In this document: positions 48,505 through 58,172 of the stretch, one piece after another | Numbering within the stretch: the stretch's first letter is position 1 | Layout of the letters: every line of letters starts with the position of its first letter | Assembly: GCA_963833225.1 (NCBI GenBank) | Contig: CAWHXD010000019.1 | Location: forward strand, 128,001 to 192,000 | Source: an uncultured Chloroflexia bacterium | Lineage (GTDB): Bacteria; Chloroflexota; Limnocylindria; Limnocylindrales; CSP1-4 | Reading direction: 5' to 3' | DNA length: 64,000 bases | The notes under the pieces: model-generated | What the model was told of the DNA's origin: nothing | The model's input: only the letters and a program-made list of their open reading frames with translations | Databases searched by the model: none | Made by a program: the position numbers and the translations under genes

Positions 48505-50247
48505 ATGGGTGACGATGCAACGATCCCGGCGAACCGCGCGCTGATCGAGCGCATCCGCGCCTCGGTTATCGGCGAGGACGAGGCGGTGGCCGGTCCGTAC
48601 GGGATCCGGCGGGTGACCTACGCCGACTACACGGCGTCGGGACGCAGCCTCTCGTTCCTCGAGGACTACATCCGCGAGGCCGTCCTGCCGCTGTACGCCA
48701 ACACCCACACCGAGTCGTCCGGGACCGGCCTCCAGACGTCGCGCTTCCGCGAGGAGGCAAGGCGCCTCGTGCTCGCGGGTGTCGGCGGCAACCCGGAGCA
48801 CCACGCCGTCGTCTTCTGCGGCTCGGGGTCGACCGCCGCGATCAACCGCCTGGTGGACGTGCTTGGGTGGCGCATCCCCGCCGAGCTCGATGATCGCTGG
48901 GACCTGCGCTCGCGGATCCCGGCCGACCAGCGGCCGGTCGTGTTCATCGGGCCCTACGAGCACCACAGCAACGAGCTGCCCTGGCGCGAGTCGATCGCCG
49001 ACGTGGTCACCATCCACGAGGACCGCGAGGGACATCCCGACCTCGGCCAGCTGCGCGCGGAGCTGGAACGCCATGCCGACCGGCCGATGCGGATCGGGTC
49101 CTTCTCGGCGGCGTCCAACGTGACCGGGATCGTGTCGGACACGGCGGCCATCTCGCGGCTGCTCCACGAGCACGGCGCGCTGTCGTTCTTCGACTATGCC
49201 GCGGCCGCCCCGTACGTCGCGATCGAGATGGACCCGCCCGGCGATCCGCTGGCCCGGACGGACGCGGTGTTCATCTCGCCCCACAAGTTCATCGGCGGGC
49301 CCGGGACCCCGGGCGTGCTGGTCGCGCGCCGCGAGCTGTTCCGGAACCGCGTGCCCTCGATGCCCGGCGGGGGCACCGTGGCCTACGTCAACCCGGAGGC
49401 GCATGTCTATCTCACCGACATCGAGCATCGCGAGGAGGGCGGTACCCCGGCCATCGTGGAGTCGATCCGCGCCGGGCTGGTGTTCGGGCTGAAGGCGGCG
49501 GTCGGCGTGGAGGCGATCCGGGAGCGGGAGGCGCAGTTCATCCGGCGGGCGCTCGACCGCTGGGCGGCGAATCCCGCCATCGAGATCCTGGGCTCGCTCG
49601 ACGCGGAGCGCCTCTCGATCGTCTCGTTCGTGATCCGCCACGACGGGCGCTACCTCCACCACAACTTCGTGGTCGCCGTCCTCAACGACCTGTTCGGGAT
49701 CCAGTCGCGCGGGGGCTGCTCGTGCGCCGGGCCGTACGGCCACCGGCTGCTGGGGATCGACATCACGACCTCGCACGAGTTCGAGCGCGAGATCACCCGC
49801 GGATGCGAGGGGATCAAGCCCGGCTGGGTCCGGGTGAACTTCAACTACTTCATCAGCGAGGCGGTGTTCGCGTTCATCCTCGACGCCGTGGACCTGGTCG
49901 CGACCGAGGGCTGGCGGCTGCTGCCGGACTACACCTTTGAGCCGGCCACCGGCCTGTGGCGGCACCGGGATGGCACCCCGGAACCGCCGATGTCGCTGTT
50001 CGACATCGCCTACGACGCGGCCGACGGGTCCATGCGCCGGCCCTCGCACCGGCACCAGGAGCCGGAGTCACGGCTGGCGGACTACGTGGACGAGGCTCGC
50101 GAGATCCTCGCCCGGCCTTCCCGGGCGCTCGCGTCGCCCACCATCGCGGCGGGCACCGTCGGCCCGGACTTCGAGGGCCTGCGCTGGTTCCTGCTGCCCG
50201 AGGAGGTGACCGGGGCGCTCGCCGCGGAGGGCGGAGCGCATGCCTAG
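48505..50247 (+). CDS. Class V PLP-dependent aminotransferase/cysteine desulfurase-like protein
   Basis: YADYTASGR, YEHHSNELPW, ASNVTG, DYAAAAPY, SPHKFIGGPG, QSRGGCSCAGPYG. Confidence 0.9.
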   Translation: MGDDATIPANRALIERIRASVIGEDEAVAGPYGIRRVTYADYTASGRSLSFLEDYIREAVLPLYANTHTESSGTGLQTSRFREEARRLVLAGVGGNPEHHAVVFCGSGSTAAINRLVDVLGWRIPAELDDRWDLRSRIPADQRPVVFIGPYEHHSNELPWRESIADVVTIHEDREGHPDLGQLRAELERHADRPMRIGSFSAASNVTGIVSDTAAISRLLHEHGALSFFDYAAAAPYVAIEMDPPGDPLARTDAVFISPHKFIGGPGTPGVLVARRELFRNRVPSMPGGGTVAYVNPEAHVYLTDIEHREEGGTPAIVESIRAGLVFGLKAAVGVEAIREREAQFIRRALDRWAANPAIEILGSLDAERLSIVSFVIRHDGRYLHHNFVVAVLNDLFGIQSRGGCSCAGPYGHRLLGIDITTSHEFEREITRGCEGIKPGWVRVNFNYFISEAVFAFILDAVDLVATEGWRLLPDYTFEPATGLWRHRDGTPEPPMSLFDIAYDAADGSMRRPSHRHQEPESRLADYVDEAREILARPSRALASPTIAAGTVGPDFEGLRWFLLPEEVTGALAAEGGAHA

Positions 50248-51685
50248 TGCCAAGGGCGGGCGTCCCGGGATGATCCCCGCGGTCATCGGGCTGGATCTCG
50301 GGACCAGCGAGGTCAAGGCCGCGCTCGTCGGGCTCGACGGCACGCTGCTGGAGCTGGGGCGGGCGAGCTACCCGACCGATGCCGGGCCCGACGGTCGGGC
50401 GGAGCAGGATCCGCGCGACTGGTACGAGGCGATCGCCTCGGTCGTGCGCCCCTGGTGGACCGCTCGGCGCCCGCCCGGCGAGGAGCCGAGGCTGATCGAG
50501 GTGCTCGCGATCTGCTGCGTTGGCCAGGGCCCGACGCTCACCCCGGTCGACGCCGTCGGCAGGCCCGTGCGGCCCGCGCTGACCTGGCAGGACCGGCGCG
50601 CCGGTGCGGGCGGCTACGGCCTCCTGCCCCGGATGGCCTGGCTCGCGCGCGAGGATCCGGCGGGCGCCGCCGAGGCGCGGTGGCAGGTCGCGTCGTGGGA
50701 CGCCGTTGGCCTGTGGCTCAGCGGGGTGGCCGTGACCACCGTCCAGGCGCACGAGGTGCTGCCCTCGCCCGAGGCCCTCGCGGCCGCCGGTGTCCGGGCC
50801 TCGTCCGTCCCCGCCGCGCTGCCGTTCGGGTCCCGCCTTGGCTCGCTGCGGACCGAGGCTGCGTCCCGGCTTGGACTGGCCCCGGGTCTCCCGGTGATCG
50901 CCGGCGTGAACGACGGGACCGCGTCGATGCTGGGCGCGGGGCTTCGTGAGCCCGGCGACGCCGTGGACACCGGCGGGACGTCCGGCGGGATCGGCATCTA
51001 CACCGACCGGCCGGTCTCCGTTGACCGGGCCTTCCTGGCGCCCGCCCCGTTGCCCGGGCGCTGGGTGGTGGGTGGGGCCATGGCCGCCCTGGGCGCCTCG
51101 GTGGACTGGATGCGGTCCGTCCTGTTTGGCGATCGATGGACCTCCGACGAGTTCTTCCGCGCGGCAGCCCGTGTCCCGGCGGGGGCGGAGGGGCTGGTGT
51201 TCCTGCCGTATCTCGCGGGCGAGCGCGCCCCGATCTTCGACGAGGGGGCGCGCGGCGTGCTGTTCGGGCTGACGCTGGCCCACGGCCCGGAGCACCTCGC
51301 CCGCGCCGCGCTCGAGGGAGCCGCGTTCGCCCTGCGCCACGTCGCCGAGCCGCTGGTTGCCGCCGGTGCCCCGATCCGGGAGCTTCGCCTCGCCGGCCGC
51401 GCCTCCGCCGATGACACCTGGGCCCGGATCAAGGCCTCCGTGCTGGGCGTGCCTGCCGCCATCCCGACGGTCGGCGAGACCGCCGTCATGGGCGCGGCCA
51501 TCCTCGCCGCGGTCGGCGTCGGGGCGTTCGGATCCCTCGAGGAGGCGGTAGCGGCGATGACCTCGGTGGACCGGCGCGTCGAGCCGGTGGCCGCTGACCG
51601 GACGGCCTACGACGCGGCGTTTGGGACCTACCGGGACCTGTACCCGGCGCTGCGGCCGCCGGTCGGGGAGCGCGTCGGGGGCTGA
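50240..51685 (+). CDS. FGGY family carbohydrate kinase (xylulokinase-like)
   Basis: GLDLGTSEVK, EQDP..W, WQDRR, FLPYLAGERAP, ARAALEG, GAAILA. Confidence 0.9.
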   Translation: MPSAKGGRPGMIPAVIGLDLGTSEVKAALVGLDGTLLELGRASYPTDAGPDGRAEQDPRDWYEAIASVVRPWWTARRPPGEEPRLIEVLAICCVGQGPTLTPVDAVGRPVRPALTWQDRRAGAGGYGLLPRMAWLAREDPAGAAEARWQVASWDAVGLWLSGVAVTTVQAHEVLPSPEALAAAGVRASSVPAALPFGSRLGSLRTEAASRLGLAPGLPVIAGVNDGTASMLGAGLREPGDAVDTGGTSGGIGIYTDRPVSVDRAFLAPAPLPGRWVVGGAMAALGASVDWMRSVLFGDRWTSDEFFRAAARVPAGAEGLVFLPYLAGERAPIFDEGARGVLFGLTLAHGPEHLARAALEGAAFALRHVAEPLVAAGAPIRELRLAGRASADDTWARIKASVLGVPAAIPTVGETAVMGAAILAAVGVGAFGSLEEAVAAMTSVDRRVEPVAADRTAYDAAFGTYRDLYPALRPPVGERVGG

Positions 51686-51745
51686 TTCCTGCCGCCTCAC
51701 CGCCCCCTCCGCGACCCCGCCCGGAGTCGGTGATAGATTCGGCGC

Positions 51746-51913
51746 AGAGCCTTCGGGGCAGGGTGCGATTCCCGACCGGTGGTAGGGCCCCGCGCGAGCG
51801 GGGTGAGCCCACGAGCGGCGCCGCGGCAATGAGCCCGCGACGTGCAGCAGATCCGAGGACCGGCGTTCGCCGGGCCGACCGGAGCCGACGGTACAGTCCG
51901 GATGAGAGAAGGC
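51746..51913 (+). promoter_or_regulatory. FMN riboswitch (RFN element)
   Basis: TTCGGGGCAGGGTG..ATTCCCGACCGGTGGT, AGCCCACGAGC, GCAGATCCG, CCGGAGCCGACGGTACAGTCCGGATGAGAGAAG; TGnTAGATT extended -10 at 51731-51739. Confidence 0.93.
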
Positions 51914-51995
51914 CGGGCCCGCGCACGGGCCGCTCGTCCGTGCGCCTGTGCCGTCCGCCCCGTCGTGCTCGTCGGTGACATGACGGAGGCGCACG

Positions 51996-52937
51996 ATGAC
52001 GGTGACCCGGGAGCCCGCGGTGATGGACCCGCGGACACGCGCGCCCGCAGCCGCCATCGGCGTGGACGGGGTCAGCCTCACCTTCCGCGGAGCCCGAACC
52101 ACGCACGTCCTCGACCATGTCGATCTCGCCGTCCAGCCGGGAGAGGTGGTCGCCCTGATCGGGCCCAACGGCTGTGGCAAGTCCACGCTGCTGCGCGTCC
52201 TCGCGGGCCTGGTCCGGCCCGATGCAGGTGCCGTCCACATCGACGGTGACCGCGTCAGCGGCCCGGACTCGAGGGTTGGTCTCGTGTTCCAGGAGCCGAG
52301 GCTGCTCTCCTGGCGCACGGCGGAGCAGAACGTCCGCTTCCCGATGGAGCTGGCCGCCTGGTCCCGGGACCGGCAGCAGGCCCGCGCCGACGATCTGCTG
52401 GGACTGGTGGGCCTCCGCGAGTTCGCGGGCGCCCGCCCCTCGACCCTCTCGGGTGGCACGCGGCAGCGGGTCTCGATCGCCCGGGCCCTGGCCCTCGAGC
52501 CGCGGGTCCTCCTGCTCGACGAGCCGTTCAGCGCGCTCGACGCCCTGACCCGCGAGCGGTTCAACGCGGAGCTGCTGCGGCTCTGGGAGCGCACCGGGAC
52601 GACGATCATCATGGTCACCCACTCGATCCCCGAGGCGGCGTTCCTCGCGGACCGCGTGGTCGTGATGTCGCCTCGCCCGGCCCGGGTCGCCGCCGAGATC
52701 CGGGTCGACCTGCCGCGGCCGCGCCGGGTGGCCGACCTCGACTCGCCGGTCGTGAGCTCGGTGGCCGCGGCCGTCCGCGCCCACCTCGTGGACCTGACCG
52801 ACGACGCGATCGCGATGGAGGAGGCGCGGACGGCGGTGGTCGCCGGCGCCCGCCCGGGCGACCGGCCCCGGCACGACGACACGGAGCCCGGCACCCCGGC
52901 CTGGTTCGACCCGTTCCGGCCCGAGGACGAGGCATGA
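51996..52937 (+). CDS. ABC transporter ATP-binding protein (SsuB/TauB-like), putative riboflavin uptake
   Basis: GPNGCGKS, LSGGTRQR, LLLDEPF, VTHS; directly downstream of the FMN riboswitch. Confidence 0.9.
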   Translation: MTVTREPAVMDPRTRAPAAAIGVDGVSLTFRGARTTHVLDHVDLAVQPGEVVALIGPNGCGKSTLLRVLAGLVRPDAGAVHIDGDRVSGPDSRVGLVFQEPRLLSWRTAEQNVRFPMELAAWSRDRQQARADDLLGLVGLREFAGARPSTLSGGTRQRVSIARALALEPRVLLLDEPFSALDALTRERFNAELLRLWERTGTTIIMVTHSIPEAAFLADRVVVMSPRPARVAAEIRVDLPRPRRVADLDSPVVSSVAAAVRAHLVDLTDDAIAMEEARTAVVAGARPGDRPRHDDTEPGTPAWFDPFRPEDEA

Positions 52938-53788
52938 CCGGATCTGGCCGCCCGTCCACGCCGGCGCTCGAGGCAGCCGCGGCACGACCCGCCGCCTCGC
53001 CCGTTGGCGCCGCTGGCGCCGTCCCCGCGCGCCGCCGTCGAGCCTTCGGTGTCCTGTGGCCGATCGCGCTGAGCCTGGGCATGTTCGCCGTCGCCTGGCA
53101 GCTGGTCGTGCTGGTCTCCGGCTTCCCGACCTTCGTCCTGCCCGGGCCCGTCGTCGTCGCCGAGCGGTTCATCAAGGCCTGGACCGACGGCACCATGTGG
53201 CCCCACGTGGCCCAGACGATGCTCGAGATCCTGCTCGGTTTCGCCCTCGGGGCGACGCTGGCCGTGCTGGCCGGCGTGCTGCTCGCCAGGTCGCGCCTCG
53301 CGGAGCGGCTCCTGAGCCCCTACCTCGTGGCCGCCCAGGCCACGCCGGTGCTGGCCCTCGCGCCGCTGATCGTGCTGTGGTTTGGCAACGGCCTGCTGTC
53401 CAAGCTCGTCATCACCACCCTGATCGTGTTCTTCCCGGTTGCGGTGGCGACGATGGTCGGCATCCGGGGCGTGGACCCGCGCCTGCTCGAGATGGCCCGC
53501 AGCTTCCGTGCCACCGGCTGGCAGGTCATCGCCCGCATCGAGGTGCCGGCCGCGCTGCCGGCGATCCTCGGCGGGATGCGGGTTGGCGTGACGCTGGCCG
53601 TCATCGGCGCCGTGGTTGGCGAGTGGGCGGGTGGCGAGCGCGGGCTGGGCGTGCTGATCAACATCGCCCGTGGCTCCCTGTTCGACATCCCGCTCATGTT
53701 CGCCGCGCTGGCCCAGCTGGCCATCATCGGCGTGAGCCTGTACCTCGTCATGATCCTCATCGAGCGCCGGCTGGTTGGCGATCGATGA
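52934..53788 (+). CDS. ribX: ABC transporter permease, RibX-like
   Basis: SsuC-type TM pattern (LPGP, QATPVLALAPL, AVVGEW, GLG); in an FMN-riboswitch operon. Confidence 0.75.
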   Translation: MTGSGRPSTPALEAAAARPAASPVGAAGAVPARRRRAFGVLWPIALSLGMFAVAWQLVVLVSGFPTFVLPGPVVVAERFIKAWTDGTMWPHVAQTMLEILLGFALGATLAVLAGVLLARSRLAERLLSPYLVAAQATPVLALAPLIVLWFGNGLLSKLVITTLIVFFPVAVATMVGIRGVDPRLLEMARSFRATGWQVIARIEVPAALPAILGGMRVGVTLAVIGAVVGEWAGGERGLGVLINIARGSLFDIPLMFAALAQLAIIGVSLYLVMILIERRLVGDR

Positions 53789-54861
53789 TCCCCTTCCCCC
53801 CAGCCCAGGAGGTCTCCCGTTCCGTGTTCCGCCACTCGACCCGCCGCCCGTTCATCGGCACGCTGGCCGTCGCGCTCCTGGTCGCCGCCTGCGGCGGCTC
53901 GACGCCCACCGCTGCCCAGCCGGCGTCGACCGGGACCGGCCCCTCGCCCGCCGGCGGCCCGACCACGCTGACGGTCGGCCTGGGCTACATCCCCAGCGTC
54001 CAGTTCGCCCAGTTCTACCTCGCCGATCGCGCCGGCTACTACCGCGATGCCGGCCTCGATGTGACCCTCCAGAACAAGATCGACCCCGACCTCATCACGC
54101 TGCTCGGCCAGGGCGCCGTGGACATCGGATCGGGCGACGGCACCTCGGTGATCCCGGCCGTCAGCCAGGGGATCCCCGTCGTCTACACCTCGACCATCTA
54201 CGGATCGTTCCCGTCCATCGTCGTGGCCAAGGCCGGCTCCGGGATCGCGACGGCCGCCGACCTGCGCGGGAAGCGGATCGGGATCCCCGGTCGCTACGGC
54301 TCCTCGTGGATCATGCTCCAGGCGCTGCTCGGGTCCGCCGGCCTGACCCCCGACGACGTGACCATCGTCGAGTTCCCGGACTTTGGCCAGGCGACCGCCC
54401 TCCAGCAGGGCCAGGTCGATGCCGCCACCGGCTATGCCAACAACGAGCCGATCGCCCTGCGCAAGGCAGGCATCGAGCCCGTCGTGCTCACCGTCGACGA
54501 CGTGGTGCCGCTCCCGGGGCCGGGCCTCGTGACCGGGACGGCGACGCTCGCGTCGAAGACCGATGCCCTGCGGGCGTTCACGGCCGCCACGCTGCGGGCG
54601 ATGGAGGAGATCACCGCCAACCCGCAGGCCGGCCTCGACGCGACCTTCGCCGCCGTGCCCGACCTCGCCGCCGACGCCGACCTCCAGCGCCAGATCCTCG
54701 ACGCGACCATCGCGACCTGGAAGAACCCGCGGACCGGTGCGGCACTGGGGTCGATCGACCGTGACGGCTGGCAGCGCTCGCTCGACTTCATGACCGGCCT
54801 GGGCCTGGTCCCGAACCCGGTCACGGTGGATCAGCTGGTGGACACCTCACTCCTGCCGTAG
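53785..54861 (+). CDS. ribY: ABC substrate-binding lipoprotein (NMT1/THI5-like), RibY-like
   Basis: LVAAC lipobox, LGYIPSVQFAQFY, DLRGKRIGIPGRYGSS, YANNEP; alternative GTG start at 53824. Confidence 0.78.
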   Translation: MIPFPPAQEVSRSVFRHSTRRPFIGTLAVALLVAACGGSTPTAAQPASTGTGPSPAGGPTTLTVGLGYIPSVQFAQFYLADRAGYYRDAGLDVTLQNKIDPDLITLLGQGAVDIGSGDGTSVIPAVSQGIPVVYTSTIYGSFPSIVVAKAGSGIATAADLRGKRIGIPGRYGSSWIMLQALLGSAGLTPDDVTIVEFPDFGQATALQQGQVDAATGYANNEPIALRKAGIEPVVLTVDDVVPLPGPGLVTGTATLASKTDALRAFTAATLRAMEEITANPQAGLDATFAAVPDLAADADLQRQILDATIATWKNPRTGAALGSIDRDGWQRSLDFMTGLGLVPNPVTVDQLVDTSLLP

Positions 54862-54868
54862 GGCTCGA

Positions 54869-55336
54869 TCAGGACGGGGCGGGCACGACCGGATCGACGA
54901 AGGCGAAGCCCGTGGGATCATCCGTGCAGGCGTCGTCGCAGGGGTGGTCCCAGAGCTGGACACCGATCCGAAATGGCTCGCCCCAACCGGGATCCGCCAC
55001 CGCCGTCTCGAACGCCGTGTGCGGGGCGAGGTCGCGGATCGGGTCTTCGGTCGTCGACACGTAGCCGACACAGGTGAGGTCCCCCCACGGAGCGACGCGG
55101 GCGACCCAAGTTTGGTCAGTGTCGTTCCGCACACGGACCGTCGTGCCCGACGCGATCTCGACCACGATGCCGGCCGGGGCCGTCGCGTAGCCGTTCGGCG
55201 GCCACTCGTGGCTGCCACCACACGTCGTGGCCGGCGGCGCGTCGGGCCGGTCACCCACTCGCGTGGACCCGCCGCACCCCGCGACAAGGAGCGCGAGCGC
55301 GGCGATGACCGAGAAGGAACGGATGAACCTGGTCAT
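54869..55336 (-). CDS. Hypothetical lipoprotein
   Basis: LLVAGC lipobox; several Cys residues. Confidence 0.6.
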   Translation of the reverse strand: MTRFIRSFSVIAALALLVAGCGGSTRVGDRPDAPPATTCGGSHEWPPNGYATAPAGIVVEIASGTTVRVRNDTDQTWVARVAPWGDLTCVGYVSTTEDPIRDLAPHTAFETAVADPGWGEPFRIGVQLWDHPCDDACTDDPTGFAFVDPVVPAPS

Positions 55337-55860
55337 GCCGGGGCGATCATCGCGCGGATGGAGCGCTCACCGCTCCGCGGGACGATCGGATCTGCGGCCG
55401 CAGGAGCGCGACCGCGACGATGACCAGGGACGGGAGGAGCAGGAAGAGCCCGGCCGCCTCGGGCATCGAGTAGGCCATCGCTAGAGGGTCGGGCCCCGGC
55501 GGCGGGCACGTCTCGCAGTACGCGCCTTGTGGCGGTGGGAGCATCGCGACGAACCACCAGGACCCGGCCACGAGCAGGGCGGCGGCGCTGACAACGCGCC
55601 GAGCGCCGCCTCCGGTGAGCCATGCCGTCAAGGCACCGAGCACCGCCGCGACGGGGTCGCCCCGATGATGGCGAGGTCAACACCGACCGCCATCCATGGC
55701 AGCCGCCCGCGCCAGTAGCCGTCGCTCAGGGACCACCCGGAATTTGCGTGGTACCGCTCAGAGACTGTCCGAAGACGATGGCGAGACCGGCCACGGCAGC
55801 CACGAAGCCGCCGACGGTCGCCCATCTCACCCACCGGGGCGATCGCTCCACAAGCGCGAC
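55333..55860 (-). pseudogene. Fragmented membrane-protein gene
   Basis: Hydrophobic segments spread over three frames (RWATVGGFVAAVAGLAIVF / GRLPWMAVGVDLAIIG / LGALTAWL...LFLLLPSLVIV). Confidence 0.4.
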
Positions 55861-56028
55861 GGTAGGCCTCGCCGCGAACGGCGTCAATCACCGAATTCAA
55901 AGCCCGGCGAAGGGTCGTCCTTGAGAGCCTGCCGCGCCCGGATCGGCGATCACGTGGGGCTCCCGCGCGGGGCCCCGAGACCATGGATGACGACTCCGGA
56001 CACAAGCTCCGGAGCCGCTGAACGGTCA

Positions 56029-56086
56029 ATCCGAACGTGATACGGTCGCGGCGGGGCCCGTAGCTCAGCGGTAGAGCAGGGGACTT
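56029..56086 (+). repeat. 58-bp copy of the tRNA-Lys promoter and 5' half (att-like direct repeat)
   Basis: Matches 57814-57871 with 2 mismatches; identity ends in the anticodon loop (GGACTT). Confidence 0.9.
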
Positions 56087-57871
56087 CACGTCTCCGGGGA
56101 TGGGCGCCGACAGGTCCCGCCCGGTGCCGTTCCGAGTTCAGATCGAGCCCCTGAACGGCGCTCGGGTACCGCCCCGTACCGCCGCGCCGTCCGGGCCGTC
56201 TGACGCGTTCTCGGGAGCTTCGGAGCTATGCCCTCCGCCCTCGACGCTCGCCGAGTCGCCACGCGAGTTCCTCGACCTGCATGCTCGCCGCCTGCCCCTT
56301 CGACGCGAACCGATGTAGATGTCCGAGAACGTCCCTCTTCGCCTCGCCGGTGAGATCGAGTGCGAGGAAGGTCGCTGCTGCGGCGAACGCCGACGCGCTC
56401 GCACCGTCCTCTCCATCCAGAAATGCTCGACGATGCGGATAAGCGATGGCAGGTACCTGACCATGCCCGCGGACGACGCGGCGGCGGCACGGACGTCCTC
56501 GTCCGGATCGTCCAGTAGCGCCTCAAGCCGACGACATGCCCGATTGATCTCCTTGTCCGGGACGTCATCGCCGCGTATGGCGGCGGGGAGCTTCAGGGCG
56601 GCGGCCGCTCGTTCGAGCGGATCGGACTCTCGCTCTGTTCGATGTATGTCTCCATGGATCGCGGCCGCTCGGAGTCGGTTCCGAGGCGGAGGCCCTCACC
56701 GGACTCGGCCCATGGGCGCTCGGGCGCATAGTCGAGCCCCTCGACGCCGAGTCGTGGGCGCGATGCGATGAGTTCGTCGATCAGTTCGAGGTTTGTCCCG
56801 TGGATCAGGTCATCGGCATACGCCCGGACGAGGCCAGTGCCTCGGTCGAGGACCGTGTTGCGTCCTCTCCGCTCGGGAGGTCGTTCGCCGACATGTGCCA
56901 GTCGCGCTCGCTCGGCGCTCGCCGGTCGAGGATGTCCCCTAGTTCGACACTCCCCCAATAGGGCTCGTCAAGCGGGGAGAGTCCCCGGCGGCGGCCGATT
57001 TTGGAGAACCGCGTAGTCCTCCCACGGGTCCCACCCGACGTGGACGATCACCTTCGGTGACGTGTACGCTCGCAGACACGTAGCGGCCATCTGAGGCTTC
57101 GACGACCTCGAAGCCCTCGTCCTCTAGGAACCCGAAGTGCCGCTCGATGACCTGTGGAGCGTGTCGGCGCAGATGCACTGTCGCAGAGTACCCGCCGGTA
57201 TGCGACTCATGCGTGCCGCGCCCCCTCGATCGAGAGGAGCGCGGCGAGCCGGTGCCCGGGATCCCCGGGCAGGAGCCGGAACCAGCGTCCCTCGTCGTCG
57301 AAGCTCCCGTAGGCGGGCCGGGAGAGGGCCCGATCGACGAGGGCCTCGATCTGCGCCCACTCCTGCTCGCGCCGGGGCTGGCCGATCGGCCCACCCCCGA
57401 TCACGACGTCGAGCCCCTCGTCGTCGAGGATGAACACGGCCCCGTCCTCGTCGACCGTGACCTTGAACGAGCCGACCATGACGGCCGCCTCCTCGTCGTT
57501 CACGCCGCGGGCCTCCGGACGACGACCTCGCCCTTCGAGGACAGATGCTCCGACTGCGGGTTCCGGACTTTCAGGACCTGGCCGTTCGTCATCGTGGGCT
57601 TCGTCGGCTTCATGCCTCCTCCCTCCCGAACCGCTGCTCGACCTCGGCGGCCAGTTCCCGGAGACGGTCCCCGGCTGCCCGTCGGTCAGGTTCGCGCCGA
57701 GTGCGTCGTCGGAGGAGATCGAGTGTCCGGTCTGCGGTCAGGGCGTCGTGGTGGTGTCAGAAGTGGTGTCAGGCGACCCGCGGATGCCCGTCGGGGAGGG
57801 CTCGAAGGCCCCGATCCGAACGTGATACGGTCACGCCGGGGCCCGTAGCTCAGCGGTAGAGCAGGGGACTT
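56087..57871. mobile_element. Decayed tRNA-Lys-integrated element remnant
   Basis: Flanked by the 58-bp direct repeats; fragmented minus-strand ORFs; tandem GTGGTGTCAG repeats; no integrase recognised. Confidence 0.6.
57207..57503 (-). CDS. Small hypothetical protein
   Basis: GTG overlaps the stop of a short upstream ORF (57500-57613) that has a strong GGAGGAGG RBS. Confidence 0.5.
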   Translation of the reverse strand: MNDEEAAVMVGSFKVTVDEDGAVFILDDEGLDVVIGGGPIGQPRREQEWAQIEALVDRALSRPAYGSFDDEGRWFRLLPGDPGHRLAALLSIEGARHA

Positions 57872-57913
57872 TTAATCCCTTGGTCCTGGGTTCGAATCCC
57901 AGCGGGCTCACCA
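57839..57913 (+). tRNA. tRNA-Lys (anticodon UUU)
   Basis: GGGCCCG acceptor, GGGGA-CTTTTAA-TCCCT anticodon arm, GGTTCGAATCC, encoded CCA. Confidence 0.96.
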
Positions 57914-58172
57914 GCCGACCCAAGCATGAAATGCCCCGAAGGTCGGACGGCAGGGATGTGGCCATAGCGTGGCGCAGGTGCATTTGGCGCTCGACCGTTC
58001 CGGGTCTCCTCGACGGGGAGTCGCGGACAGGTCTGGGCACTTAGGGCTTCGGCGCTCGCCGGCTGTCGATGGCGCCGTGGAGGTCGCTCCAGGCGTCCTC
58101 TAGGTCGGTGGGCAGGACGCGATGGTGCGGCCCCACCCGCTCGCGTGACGGGACGCGCACCGGGCTTCATGG

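Noticed and set aside
56054-56086. Second tRNA-Lys gene or intron-split tRNA
   Set aside because: Only the 5' half is present, and the downstream copy is already complete with its own 5' half, which does not fit an intron.
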